Under the pieces are notes generated by a model, which worked only from the letters and a program-made list of their open reading frames with translations, was not told the origin of the DNA and did no database searches. A stretch of 64,000 bases of DNA, taken from assembly GCA_018985235.1 (NCBI GenBank), contig JADGIG010000002.1, forward strand, positions 1-64,000, in the 5' to 3' direction. Below are positions 10,967 through 22,343 of this stretch, piece by piece. The DNA comes from Sanchytrium tribonematis (taxonomy: Eukaryota). A program made the position numbers and the translations under genes. Every line of letters begins with the position of its first letter. Position 1 is the first letter of the stretch.

Positions 10967-12785
10967 ATGCCAACTGCCGTTTTAGAAGCAGAGGCGGAAA
11001 TTATCAAATTTTTGGAAGGAACAGATAAGCTTTCAACAGAGTATTGGCAATTGCAAAAGATTGTCAAGTTTATTCAATCAGGCAATTATTCCACAACACT
11101 TATTGGAATAGTTGCCATGAAAGATTTTGAGTTGGGTAGCGACAGCTTTTCTTTGGGACTAAAACACTCTTTTGGAATGATGGCACTTATAAACTTGTTG
11201 AAAACAAAAGAATATAGTTGTATTTGTGGCTCCTTTGAAATTTTGATTGAAGTAACAAAGAAGTTAATAGGATGTGTTTTATTCTCACAATATTGTGGCT
11301 TGGAGGTGCTGCTAAATTTGCTGGATGCTAAAAATGAAAGCCTTGTATCGAATGCATGTCTCTTATTGTCGCAAGTGTTGGCTTATGACAGAAATCAATC
11401 GGAATTTATAAAAGGAAATGGATTTCAAAAATTGCTCAACGTTTTGAATATTAGGTACGGTACTAAAATTGGTGAGCATTCTGCAAAAGCAATTTATATT
11501 TGTCTTGGAAAATTGGAGAATCGACAGTATATGGTGGGTCTTCCAATAACATTCTACGATAAAATGTTAAATTCAGGTTATAAACCGATATTGCCTCACA
11601 TTGTTGGAATATTGTCAAAAATGACCTCAGATAGAATTTTTCGTCGAGAATTTGAGGCTTATGGCTTATTAAAAAAATGCTTAGAATTTCTGCAGGACTC
11701 TGATGATTCTCAATTATTATTAGCTGCTTCCGAGGTTGTTAGTAATTGTGAGAGTAATGAAAAAAACCTCAATCTTATTAAGGAAAAAAATTTTATTGAT
11801 AAAATTCTATCGCAATTATTTAACTTGAATTTAAAAGAGTCAAGTACTATCTCTCTTCTAGGGGCACTGAAATTTGCCTCTGGAAATCTAGATCTATCTA
11901 AAAAATTAACAGAAGACTCGCGATTGATAGATTATTGTATACAATGTTTGGATTCGGAATCAGAAAATATTGCTGTTGCTTCTGTTTCATTATTGGTAGA
12001 ATTGGCTCGAGCTGATGACGGGAAGAAATTTATCAAGTCTAAAAATTTACTAGATAATTTTATTTTGATGTTGAAAACTACAAATGTTGATTTAATGGAG
12101 CAAATCGCTTACCTATTTGGAGTTTGCGCTCAGGATTCATCTTTATTAAAAGATTTATATGCAAAAGGTGGTGTAGGTTTCATGTGGTCCCTACTAAAGT
12201 CAGACCATGCGAATCTTCAAGCAGCATCTGCGCAGTCCATGGGACCTTTTATAGCCAATATTTCTAGTGGAAATGATTTGATTCGATCTTTTGTGGGTAG
12301 TGTTGAGCTTGTAGTGAATCTATTGAAGTCCAATAATACAAGGGTGTTATCCAGTGCCTGCCTTGCAATTTCCAACATATCTAAAGATCCCGAAAATTTA
12401 GAAATTGTGACAGACCAAGGCATTGTGGAACTTTTTTCTAATTTGGTGAAATTCGATGAGATAGAATTACAAAAAAGTCTATGTTTAGCCATCTCTTCGT
12501 GCTCATTATCTGCTAGAAACAGATCCCGACTAATAGAATTTAAATTACTTGATTTTATTATAAAATGCCTTCTTTCCTCAGATATCGATTTGAAAGTATG
12601 TGCCAGCAAAAGTGTTTTTGAATTTAGCAAAGACGGTCAATTTAATTGATATAGTTACCAATTGTGAAAAATTAAAGTCTGTTGAAATTATTAAAAGCTT
12701 AGTCGATTTGGTGTGTAATCCGAAAGAAGAAATTCACAGCGTTGCAGCTCAATCTTTAAGAAATATTAGAAAAGCTGTTAAATAA
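10967..12785 (+). CDS. ODAD2: Armadillo-repeat outer dynein arm docking protein (ARMC4/ODAD2); exons 10967-12635, 12655-12785
   Basis: 'EYWQLQKIVKF' and 'WSLLKS...IRSFVGSVELVVNLLKS...KDPENLEIVTDQG' match ARMC4 blocks as I recall them. Confidence 0.8.
12636..12654 (+). other. 19-nt GT-AG intron
   Basis: GTCAATTTAATTGATATAG. Removal adds the final ARM repeat (...AAQSLRNIRK). Confidence 0.9.
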
Positions 12786-12798
12786 ACAGTTTATTGTT

Positions 12799-13194
12799 TC
12801 AAATGACGATCCATTTATCTTTATCTAAATTTAAGCCTGCTTCAGACGAGGATAGCATTTTACCAAGTACCATCAATTCACTAGATTGTACCCGGAACGT
12901 GTAGTCCATAAATCTCATAACCCATCCTTCCAGATAATTAAGATATTTTAAGTTGATGTGAAAAGTATTTGCATAAATGAAATTTTTGGCACAAAAGTCA
13001 TTTGTGAACTTGTCGGAAATTACTAAGCAAGATATAAATAAGTGAAAATTATTATATTCCAAACTAAATTTGCCTCTTGTTCTGTAAAAATACGTCATTG
13101 CATAGTGAATTGTGGTGATTGGTAATCCTTGGATAATCTTATGCACAAACTTTGCTTGTCCTGGTAGAAATAGCTTCATAAATCTTGCCAACAT
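12799..13194 (-). CDS. Pho80/Pcl-type cyclin (minimal cyclin box)
   Basis: LFISCLVISDKFTND...LNYLEGWVMRFMDY. Confidence 0.7.
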   Translation of the reverse strand: MLARFMKLFLPGQAKFVHKIIQGLPITTIHYAMTYFYRTRGKFSLEYNNFHLFISCLVISDKFTNDFCAKNFIYANTFHINLKYLNYLEGWVMRFMDYTFRVQSSELMVLGKMLSSSEAGLNLDKDKWIVI

Positions 13195-13336
13195 AATATG
13201 ATAAATTTAATCATCTTGATTTATAAGTTGCCTCTAAGAGCGTCAATTCATCCATTGGTTTTAAATCGACGTATATTATAACGTCAGCCCCATCTGAATA
13301 TGAAACAATTGGTTTACAAATCAGGAATTTATTTCC

Positions 13337-14092
13337 TCAATTGAATTCGTCGATACTTGGTTCAAATTTTCGATAATTCAAAATGCATTTTAAAAAGTAG
13401 AGAATCATGTAAAAAATATTGATGACGATTAATATTATCAGGGGCTGTGAGCCATCATCATAACTTGAATCAGAAATACATAATTCCGTTCCAATATTAA
13501 ATAGCAAAAAGTAAGTATTCAAGATTAGTAAATGCCATAATTTTTCCTTTTTGAGTTTAGATTTTTGTTTGACATCATGATATTTGACGCTCAAAAAAAC
13601 CAGATACACAATGGCAAATCCAGACATGATTGCAACTGACTGGAGGAACGGTCCAAGAATTTCGAGGCTGACGTCTCCAAGAAGGAAACCATTCCCTATT
13701 TTCCATGAATCACTTTCTCTTATTATTAGGCTTAATATGGTAAGTGTGGGAACAGTAGAACAGAGCAAAATAATCAATAAAGTACAGTTGTCTAATTTTG
13801 TAATTTTTGGATCAATGAAAATTTGCTTTGTCAACCTCGCAATCACAGTCACTAAGTGCATGCTAAAGGTGAAAATTACAATAAAACCTTGCAAAATTGT
13901 AAACCAACTATCTGGAATGGTAGACTGATATACGATAGAACCTACCAAAATCCATAGTATACTGAATACTAGTAAATTAGCCTCTAAATTTTCCAATTTC
14001 TCGGCTTTAGAAGATTGGAGAAGCGAAATACAATAGACGCCTACAAAAAATAGCAAGAAAAGGCAGAACATAAAGACAAATGAGTACCACAT
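13337..14092 (-). CDS. Multi-pass membrane protein (about 7 hydrophobic segments)
   Basis: Hydrophobicity pattern only. Confidence 0.55.
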   Translation of the reverse strand: MWYSFVFMFCLFLLFFVGVYCISLLQSSKAEKLENLEANLLVFSILWILVGSIVYQSTIPDSWFTILQGFIVIFTFSMHLVTVIARLTKQIFIDPKITKLDNCTLLIILLCSTVPTLTILSLIIRESDSWKIGNGFLLGDVSLEILGPFLQSVAIMSGFAIVYLVFLSVKYHDVKQKSKLKKEKLWHLLILNTYFLLFNIGTELCISDSSYDDGSQPLIILIVINIFYMILYFLKCILNYRKFEPSIDEFN

Positions 14093-14214
14093 TCACTGCT
14101 TGTTATTTAACGGGTTCATTTGCATTTTATTCCCAAATTATTAAAATGTGATTGGATAGGTGATTCATTAAACTCCTTGTTAAATTTTGTTACACGGTCA
14201 TCCATATCACAGTT

Positions 14215-14655
14215 ATGGACTTGAGCAAAATATTGAGCTGCAAGAAGGTACTAAAGAAAAGCCTCAAGTTGAATTTGTGTAAAGATGATGTTGATTTTTT
14301 GGAAAATAGTTATGATGCAGAAAATGGACAAATTGGAAGTGAAACTATAACCCAAATTGCTGAAAACAGATGCGTTATTAGGGAAAAAGTGAGGATATGG
14401 TTTTGCAATAGGAAAAGAAGAGATCGTTTGGAGTGCTTATCCCAGTGGAAAAGAATAAAAGAAAGGTCAAGTTGTCTATTTGCAACTGCGATTCGATTTA
14501 ATAATTATAAATCTCCGATATCCAAAGAATGCTGCTCGAATCAGGTGCAGAGATTTTTAATTCAGGAACTAGAACTTGCCATAGAGCTATTAAAAGATGT
14601 GAAAGAATTTTCCCAAAAGCTTCCAGATATAGAACTATTTACTGAATGCGATTAA
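14215..14655 (+). CDS. Homeodomain protein
   Basis: 'DVDFLENSY...ITQIAE...KVRIWFCNRKRRDR' helix-3 signature. Confidence 0.75.
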   Translation: MDLSKILSCKKVLKKSLKLNLCKDDVDFLENSYDAENGQIGSETITQIAENRCVIREKVRIWFCNRKRRDRLECLSQWKRIKERSSCLFATAIRFNNYKSPISKECCSNQVQRFLIQELELAIELLKDVKEFSQKLPDIELFTECD

Positions 14656-14660
14656 ATCAT

Positions 14661-15801
14661 TTAATTTTTGTCAAGGCTCTTCGATTCCTTGCTGTCTCTC
14701 CTACTAACGCTAGCTTGAATCCTTTTAGCGGCACGAACAGCGTTGACAGCTTTCTTAAAAGTTTTTTTGCACTTGTAATTCTCTATAAGTTCTGCACCTA
14801 CATCTTCTGAATGCATCCAAGAATGCTCTAGGGCACCTTCCATTGTAAGCCTAGATACAGGATCTTTCTCCAAAAGACGATTAATTAAATTTTTGGCATT
14901 GTCTGAAATGTGTCCCCAATATTCAGAATCGAATTCTGGCTCTAACTTAACAATTTCATAAAAGATCGCTTGTTGAGTTTCTCCATAAAATGGTACATAT
15001 CCGCATAATAATACATACATTATAACACCAACGGACCAAGAATCACACGGCTTTCCATATCCTTTCCGTAAAATTACTTCAGGCGCAACATATGCTGGGC
15101 TAAGTTATCATAAATTACGTTCCACAGGCAGTCTTCAACATTAAGTCGTCATTCGCAAGAACTTTACTCAGACCAAAATCAGTAATCATAACTTTGCCAG
15201 CAGGTAATTTTTCCGTCAATAAAAGATTCTCTGGCTTTATGTCCCTGTGGACAATATTTTGCTTATGTAAATACCAGACACCCTGCAATATTTGACGCAT
15301 AACTGTTCTTGCATCAGCTTCAGTAAAAGAGCCCCTGCCAACGATCTCTTGAAACAATTCACCACCTCTGGCAATTGGCATTACAAGATAAAAGTGAAGT
15401 GGGGTTTCAAAAATAGACTTTTCCGAACGCAAAGAAAGAATATTTGGATGCGAAACTTTTCTCATTATACTTATTTCGTCCCTTATACTAACTTTTCTTC
15501 CAGCCAGCTTTTGCTTATCTATGATTTTCATTGCAAATTGCTCATTTGATGATTTATCTTCTACAGTAACCACTTTTGCAAATGTTCCCTGGCCGAGGGT
15601 TTCTTTAATAGTGTAAAAGTATTCCACTGGAAATTGTTGAGAGAGCCTGCGTTCTCTAGGTTCTATTGGGAATAACATATCTCGCGGATTCATGAGCATT
15701 TCTTGATCAAGCTTTTCGACAGGAGATCCCTTTTTGGGTTCTTCTTCGTCATCAACTTTCATGTGTTTGAACTTTTCTTTTATTTTGTCGAAAAGCGGCA
15801 T
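14661..15801 (-). CDS. Ca2+/calmodulin-dependent protein kinase (CMK/CaMKI-like); exons 15801-15119, 15099-14661
   Basis: GQGTFA, HRDIKPEN, DFG, TACGT|PAYVAPE after splicing. CaM-binding tail FKKAVNAVRA. Confidence 0.92.
15100..15118 (-). other. 19-nt GT-AG intron
   Basis: GTAATTTATGATAACTTAG. Removal restores the kinase activation segment CGTPAYVAPE. Confidence 0.95.
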
Positions 15802-16002
15802 CCGAGTGTTTTACAGTGACATTTTTTGATTTTACATTTTAGACAATCATTTTGATTGGCTAAAAATGAATTTACGATATTATCTTTTGAAAAAAATGTC
15901 TGCTGGATTTATGAATGTATTTGTCTGAATTTGTATAATTTAAGAATATAACTTACAACACGAGAAAATAATGGTTAAATTCTCCCACGTTTCGTCTCTG
16001 TT

Positions 16003-16182
16003 ATGGTCAGTTCAATGCCTGAAAACGAATTAGCAAATTATTCGTCAACACCTCTGCCTTTTACAGATCAATGCATGACTCTTCGGACAGTACCTACGGA
16101 GATCTTCATTCATTCAGATGATAAAATTGTACTTTTAGAACCGTCACATCACATTGATTTAGACCTAGAAAGATGCAGATGA
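16003..16182 (+). CDS. Possible 59-aa small protein (below the ORF-track cutoff)
   Basis: ATG GTC AGT TCA...TGC AGA TGA is open and followed by AATAAA. It fills a gap in a gene-dense region. Confidence 0.3.
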   Translation: MVSSMPENELANYSSTPLPFTDQCMTLRTVPTEIFIHSDDKIVLLEPSHHIDLDLERCR

Positions 16183-16214
16183 TCAGTAATAAAATTTATT
16201 TTAAAATAACTCAT

Positions 16215-16418
16215 TCACGATAGCCATTTAATATTGTCTTTTAAAATATGTCTGGCAGCACAATTTTTACAGTTGCAAATTATTAAGCCTTTTTCGAACG
16301 AGACCCTATTGACTACGTAGCTGCTTTTAGCTTCGCATAAATTACATGTAAAAGAGAGTTTTAATTTTTGCGCATGCAGCTGTCCAATTTGGTAAAATTT
16401 GTAAAAAGTTCGAAACAT
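16215..16418 (-). CDS. DNL-type zinc finger, mitochondrial Hsp70 escort (Zim17/Tim15/DNLZ)
   Basis: FTCNLC...FEKGLIICNCKNCAARHILKDNIKW. Confidence 0.85.
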   Translation of the reverse strand: MFRTFYKFYQIGQLHAQKLKLSFTCNLCEAKSSYVVNRVSFEKGLIICNCKNCAARHILKDNIKWLS

Positions 16419-16559
16419 AGGGATGTCAATACTCAATAGAAGTCGAAGAATGAGATTTCAGAATACGCATTCAATTTCTTATAAACATCATACCAAAGGG
16501 CGAATTTTTGTTCACTAAATTACAGCTAAATTAATATTGATGTGACAGCCACAAAATTA

Positions 16560-18806
16560 ATGTCGAGAAAATCACAAACGGACAGAGTCTACCCTGAAAG
16601 CTCAGCACGCGAACACTTAAGTCAAGATGGGCATTTGAAATGGGAAGGAAACCTCTATACTATACAAAATGGTAAATGGATTTCAAATTTGGTACAAGTA
16701 TTTTCAAAAATAATGACTTTAAAGTCTATTCTGGGTACTCGGCGAATAATTGTCAGTAATATTATAAAAATAACAAAAATTGTCAATGAATCTGAAGAAA
16801 GTCGCAAATACCAGTGCGAAATTAAACTGCTCGATGAGTGTGTTGTTTTTGCGAGCCCGAAAGAACATGTGATTCTTTATTTTATGAGAACGTTGACTAA
16901 ATTGCTGATATCAGAACAGAGCAAAGAGAGCATAACTAAGAAATTGTTAGATTCTGAAAATGTTGCAATTTCAAAGTCGGTATCTATAGTTCCCGAAAAA
17001 ATTCAAACTAATGTGATTAGAATAAAGCAGGAATATTCATTTAAGGTTGGGAGTTTGGAGGATCTACGAAATGATGGAGATATTACGTATAGGACTTTAA
17101 AAAGTGGTCCTAGAAAAGCCCGCCAAAGAAATAATACTAATAAGCCTTTAGAAACTGGAAAAGTAAGAAATATAATTGGCCAGTCGAACAAAAAGATCAG
17201 CGGCTCAGAAAAAAAATTACAGGAAATGATTGCGTTCAGAATGGTTAGTGGTAAACCCGAGGACGAGGAATTAGAAGATTATATAGAGCCTTCGACTTTG
17301 AAAGAAGAACTAGAATTTATAACAAATGTGGATTGGGCATTTGTATGGTCTATTTTCAATATTAAACCTTTCTTTGTTCCCGTCACAAAGCGCAAAATAT
17401 TTCTATATATACTCTATATACTGGTCGGTACGTTTTTATCGGGTTTTACAGTTTTACCTTCTGCGTATGACATACTTGCAAAATTTTGTTCTATCAATGC
17501 CGCTTTGCTTTTAGTTCAATTCTTAATGATTGATCCAAGTGTAGTGCTTGCATGCGTGCTATTGTGTCGATATCCGCCTTTGCCTAAAAAGCAAAGAAGC
17601 AATAAAGAGAATCCTACCATAGGTCTTATTATAACATGCCACAAGTCTGCCGATGCCATTACTGAAACGTTAAAAGCTGCACTTGTTCATCTTGAACCCC
17701 AAAATATTTTCATTGCTGACAATGGTAACCAGAAAGAGCCCATGGACAACACTAGAAGCATTATTAAAGGACTTGACCCGCGAATTAATTATAGATGGAA
17801 TAACATTGGCAACAAAACTCTGGCACAATATCTGGCAGTGAGAGATATTGATCGGAATCGTAAAGATATTGAGCATATTTTGATTATTGATGACGACGTT
17901 ACAATAAGTGCACATTTGAGATTTCCAGTTGAAAGAATAGAAGGGAACACGAAGGCTTTAGTTATCGGAATCAGGGGAGTTGACAACAAAGGTAAACAAA
18001 AGGTTTTGTGGACTAAGTGGCAAGATATGGAATACAAAGTCTCCGATTTTGTTAAGATATTTCAAGACCAGTATTGTTCCGTGATGTACCCTCATGGTGC
18101 GATTTCTTTATGGGACAAAAAGATTTTGCTTCAAATTTTAGTAGACCACGATGCCATTTTTTACGCTGATGATGTAAAAATGGGTATGTGGTTGACTCGT
18201 AGAGGGTATCGCTTAGGATATTATGCAGATGCGGTCGTCGATACAGAAACTCCAGAAACAATTCTTGGACCTTCACCTAATTATTATAATCAAAGAGTTC
18301 GTTCTTGGGATTTTGCAGAACATATGTAGTTTTAATTGATGTAGGCTAACCTGGAGATATATAAAATGCCTTTTACTAGGATATATTAGTGGTCAGCCTT
18401 TACAAACATTACTGCTTAAGTTCTTCCAACTATATTCTCTGTATACAAATCTAATCGATTGGGCAAAAATTCCAGGAATAATCTTTTATATGACACATCA
18501 GCCTGCCATTTTTGGTGTAACTTTTTCATCGATGCTTTTTCTCAACACGTGCTCTATTCTCGCATGGAATTACATTTCCTGCAGAAATCGACCTGATATT
18601 AGAATTCAGCTCACTACTATTTTAACATTTCCGCTATATAAGCTTATTTCCTCAATAATTAGAATAATATCTGTCTTTCGGTGTGCATTAGTATATTGGC
18701 CTCGGTATTTTATTTTCATTTTAGATTCAAGTCGAAAGATTTTAGACCAAAACTACTCACTGAAGAAAGAATCACTGATATAGAATTGTGGATGGAGAAA
18801 AATTGA
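16560..18806 (+). CDS. Membrane GT2 glycosyltransferase with PH-like N-terminus; exons 16560-18325, 18345-18704 and probably 18725-18806
   Basis: IADN, IDDD, YADD and QRVRSW motifs with flanking TM helices. Intron removal joins the 18490 ORF in frame. Confidence 0.8.
18326..18344 (+). other. 19-nt GT-AG intron
   Basis: GTAGTTTTAATTGATGTAG. Joins EHM|LTWRY and the downstream TM region in frame. Confidence 0.9.
18705..18724 (+). other. Possible 20-nt GT-AG intron
   Basis: GTATTTTATTTTCATTTTAG. Splicing moves the stop to 18806, 6 nt from the convergent gene. The putative branch A is at -7 rather than -6, and the unspliced frame is also open. Confidence 0.5.
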
Positions 18807-18812
18807 TGAATT

Positions 18813-20534
18813 TCAAGCTTTTGAATTTGAAGAGTTCACTTTAAGGACATAAATTGGTGCGTTTGAACCAAGTAAGGTATCAATCCAAATTTTCTGATTA
18901 GTTTGCAAAACGTCATTTTCTCCCTTAACTTCGATTAATTTGCAATCTGTGGCAGACCAAATTACAAGATCAGGACCCCCACTTAAGTTTCTTCGAAAGT
19001 TTTTTGACAATTGATTGCAAATGGATAAAATTGATCGAGAACCCAATTTTTCGCAAATAAAGGAAAAGTTCTCGACTGACATTGTATAATTTATATCAGA
19101 AGGCAGGCGCACGCCAAATGGTTGCTCATTAAACCTATTTCTATGATCCTGAATGTATCTTCTTAGTCTTATTACCCCCCAATCTTTAAAGTGAGACAAT
19201 ATATTTTCAACTTGTTTCTTTCGATTAACATAGAAAAAAATAGACAGCAAATCCATCGGATTTTCTTGGAAACCATGAATCACGGTATTTTTAAAGCTTG
19301 GGTCGTGTAAAACATCATACATGAAAAATTTAAAAATAGCTAAAAATAATCTGCTTTCGCAATGTATTCCAGAATAACCTTTCTTTCTATATTCTCGTAA
19401 GACAAATTGCTCCACCGGCAGTGCTTCCTCCACATTTGAGGAGTAATACAAAGGCCTGCTATTGTCGGGCTTGCGCAAAACATATGATTTCCAAAAGATA
19501 TTTGGGGCTTCTTTGAAATGACAAGAAAGCAGGATATGTTCACTTCTTCGGATATTGAGTTTCTTTTGAATTGAAAGACACTTTTTCTCTAGCGTGTATG
19601 TTTCAATAGGATGTATATAATTATCATTGATGCCAATTTTACAAATATTTAAAATTCGCTTGTTAACACTATTTTTAGAAAGTCCATTTCTTTTGTCTTC
19701 GTGATACTTTTCAAATGCAGCAATTGAGCCAATGTACCACTTACCTCTAGATTCACAACGAAAGTGATATTGCGACAGTAGTAAATTGTATATTCCATAG
19801 AGACATTCATTATCGACATACGGCATACAGAGCTGCAATATCTTTACATAGACATCGCCTACAGTGTACCTGTTTAAATGTATACTAGAGTGGGGTTGGC
19901 ATTCAAAAAGTCTGGATTCAATATGCTGTAGCAAATGATTCACAATTGGTAATTTTGATTCTCCGATGTCTTTAAACTTAGGATGCGTGGGATCTAATAT
20001 TTTCATTATTGAATCCAGATCTAAAATACTCTGACAATAAATTTTGTCGTCTATGCAGAAATCGCTAAAAAATTGAGGCAAAGTATTAAATCGAAAAATA
20101 CTAGTTAGGTCCAACGGATTTCTAATACAATATCTAGAAATCAATTTCATTTTGATTAATGATACATAATTTGTATCAAGTCTATAAAGGAATCCTTTGT
20201 ATTTTTGAATTTTATCGATAGCGTCAGTTTTAAACAAGTCTTGGCCTCCAATGCGACTTTGGCTTGGATTTAGAATGGTCTTTTTAATATCTTTTTTCAA
20301 ACCCTTCTTGTTAAAAATGAGCAGAAAATCCTCTTTTGTTAAATAATTGAGAACTAAATCAAAATCAATGACTTGGACGAATATAGTATTTAGCGGGTGG
20401 CTCTTATAGCTCTCTTTAATAAAATGATAAGAAACAGCGCTTAGAAAAAGCTTCTTGGCATCTTTCACTACATCATTGTATTGAAGCAGAAATTCGTATT
20501 TAGTATTCATATGCAAATCGATAAAGATCTCCAT
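18813..20534 (-). CDS. FAN1: Fanconi-associated nuclease 1 (VRR-NUC)
   Basis: RGKWY, VEQFVL, GIHCES, GGPDLVIW...IEVKGENDVLQTNQKIWI. Confidence 0.85.
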   Translation of the reverse strand: MEIFIDLHMNTKYEFLLQYNDVVKDAKKLFLSAVSYHFIKESYKSHPLNTIFVQVIDFDLVLNYLTKEDFLLIFNKKGLKKDIKKTILNPSQSRIGGQDLFKTDAIDKIQKYKGFLYRLDTNYVSLIKMKLISRYCIRNPLDLTSIFRFNTLPQFFSDFCIDDKIYCQSILDLDSIMKILDPTHPKFKDIGESKLPIVNHLLQHIESRLFECQPHSSIHLNRYTVGDVYVKILQLCMPYVDNECLYGIYNLLLSQYHFRCESRGKWYIGSIAAFEKYHEDKRNGLSKNSVNKRILNICKIGINDNYIHPIETYTLEKKCLSIQKKLNIRRSEHILLSCHFKEAPNIFWKSYVLRKPDNSRPLYYSSNVEEALPVEQFVLREYRKKGYSGIHCESRLFLAIFKFFMYDVLHDPSFKNTVIHGFQENPMDLLSIFFYVNRKKQVENILSHFKDWGVIRLRRYIQDHRNRFNEQPFGVRLPSDINYTMSVENFSFICEKLGSRSILSICNQLSKNFRRNLSGGPDLVIWSATDCKLIEVKGENDVLQTNQKIWIDTLLGSNAPIYVLKVNSSNSKA

Positions 20535-20548
20535 TGTTTTACTAGGAG

Positions 20549-21388
20549 ATGCAATACGATGAAGATGACACTGTTAATCTTTTAAGACTTAAACACTTCA
20601 ATCATATAAAAAGATTCAAAGTTGCTGAGCAGCCGCATTTTGAGGTGAAAACTCCGAACCAAAAGAATGATCTCAACCTGAAGACTTATCTTGGAAAGCC
20701 AAATGCATTTAAACTTAGCAAGTTTTTTTTTCGACACACTTGCATACCTATTCTAAACAATGGGACAACATCTTTAGAATCCGTAGAAAAAGTTGAAAGT
20801 GGAAAACTAATTCTGAGTCAAGACGACGCAACTCGCGCATTACATGGTTTTGTCCCTTATTCAGAGGACATGCGGACCCGGTATTTATTATACCTAGAGA
20901 GTTGCATCAACAAAACTAAATATACAGATAGCAGGATTGAGGAATTTTTTAAAACAGCTATGTTTTATGGAAATCAACTTTCAGGATTCACAGTGGAGTC
21001 AAATACTGTGCCAGAATTGAAAACTGCTCCTTTGAACCTTAAAAAATCCAAATCTCAAAGATCCACATCAAAATTGAATTTTAATAGTCAATTTTGTTTT
21101 GCATTTAAAGTTCGTCGCAACATTGCAGAAGAACTGATTCCAGTCGAGAAAGAAGTTTTGTCGTATGACACAATTAATTTTGATGTCATTAGGCCAAATC
21201 AAGACTTATTTGACCAACTTTTTAATAATTCGAATGAAAAAGATATCATTCACGAAAGCGAACCAATATTGTTTTCTTTGAAACAGGCCAGTCGCCATAT
21301 GGTCGAAACCAATACAAAAGAAATGAAAAACTCAACCAACTTTAAAAAAAGAAGAGTTTATAGAAATTCTAGCGATAAAATTTATTGA
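20549..21388 (+). CDS. Possible reduced GPATCH1-like splicing factor
   Basis: 'ATRALHGFVPYSEDMRTRYLLYLES...EEFFKTA' and 'RPNQDLFDQLF' resemble C-terminal blocks of GPATCH1 as recalled. No G-patch seen. Confidence 0.4.
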   Translation: MQYDEDDTVNLLRLKHFNHIKRFKVAEQPHFEVKTPNQKNDLNLKTYLGKPNAFKLSKFFFRHTCIPILNNGTTSLESVEKVESGKLILSQDDATRALHGFVPYSEDMRTRYLLYLESCINKTKYTDSRIEEFFKTAMFYGNQLSGFTVESNTVPELKTAPLNLKKSKSQRSTSKLNFNSQFCFAFKVRRNIAEELIPVEKEVLSYDTINFDVIRPNQDLFDQLFNNSNEKDIIHESEPILFSLKQASRHMVETNTKEMKNSTNFKKRRVYRNSSDKIY

Positions 21389-21828
21389 ACAGATTCCATT
21401 ACTTGGTACTCTCTTTCCACTTGTTCCGATTTCATTAAAGATTTTATGACTTTTTGTTTTGATGTCTCGTGGAGCATTCCTCCGATCATTAGTTCATCCA
21501 AACACTTGTATGCAGTGTGGAAATTGTATATCAAATCTAGTTCGCAAACATTTCCAAAATACATGTCGAGGCATTCCACATATCTGTGAACGCTTTCCAT
21601 AGCCAACAATTCGTTGTCATTTTTCTCGATTGCTACACAAAAATATAAGGAAGCGTATCTTTTATAAATCAATTTGTGTTGCTGGTCTTCAATTATATTT
21701 CCATGCTGATGATTTAAGACTAATAAGGTTGCATTTTTAGCCATTTTCTGATGGTTCTTAGTTGGCATGAACCATCTAGTCAATCTTAATTTTCCTTGTT
21801 TGTTAAAAACGATTAAAAACTGAATCAT
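21382..21828 (-). CDS. APS1: AP-1 adaptor complex sigma subunit
   Basis: MIQFLIVFNKQGKLRLTRWF, YKRYASLYF, DNELL, YFGNVCELDLIYNF. Confidence 0.85.
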   Translation of the reverse strand: MIQFLIVFNKQGKLRLTRWFMPTKNHQKMAKNATLLVLNHQHGNIIEDQQHKLIYKRYASLYFCVAIEKNDNELLAMESVHRYVECLDMYFGNVCELDLIYNFHTAYKCLDELMIGGMLHETSKQKVIKSLMKSEQVEREYQVMESVQ

Positions 21829-22002
21829 TGTTTTAGGCTGCCCCATAATTTTTGACGCTTGGTTTATACGCAACGTCTTGCGAAAAACTTTTAATCAATC
21901 CAATCAAGTGTCGCAAAGTTGAATGATTGGACTCAATTTGCCAGTATGGCGCAATCGTATCGATTGTTTCGGTTTATAATTGCAACAACTCTCAATTTAC
22001 TA

Positions 22003-22227
22003 ATGAGTACGTTCAGGACAGCAATCACTTCAGAAGATCAAATACGACTAAGGGAAGTCATCACTTCACTGAAGCATGAATTAGACATGGAAGAACACCC
22101 AGCCGATTCTAATTCCGGCGACGTGATTACAAAAGCTATGCTGTTGACAGAGGAGCTGTATGATTTAAAAGAGGAACTGGGAATGAGAATTCATCATATT
22201 AAGAAATGCTTATCAACTTGTAAATGA
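22003..22227 (+). CDS. Small helical hypothetical protein
   Basis: ORF with heptad-like pattern; start uncertain (21946 or 22003). Confidence 0.4.
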   Translation: MSTFRTAITSEDQIRLREVITSLKHELDMEEHPADSNSGDVITKAMLLTEELYDLKEELGMRIHHIKKCLSTCK

Positions 22228-22343
22228 ATAATGCTGTGTATATAAAATAAATTGTTATAAAGCGATTACAGTCATTACGCTTCGATGCCGTTCGAAAATG
22301 TTCCTGAAATACGGTGGACTTTTGCCCTAGGGTAAAACGACAA

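Noticed and set aside
16053..16067. TCT-GCCTTTTAC-AGA resembling U5 snRNA loop 1
   Set aside because: Only a 3-bp flanking stem and no clear Sm site. The same 9-mer also occurs inside a CDS near 18368. An Infernal search would settle it.
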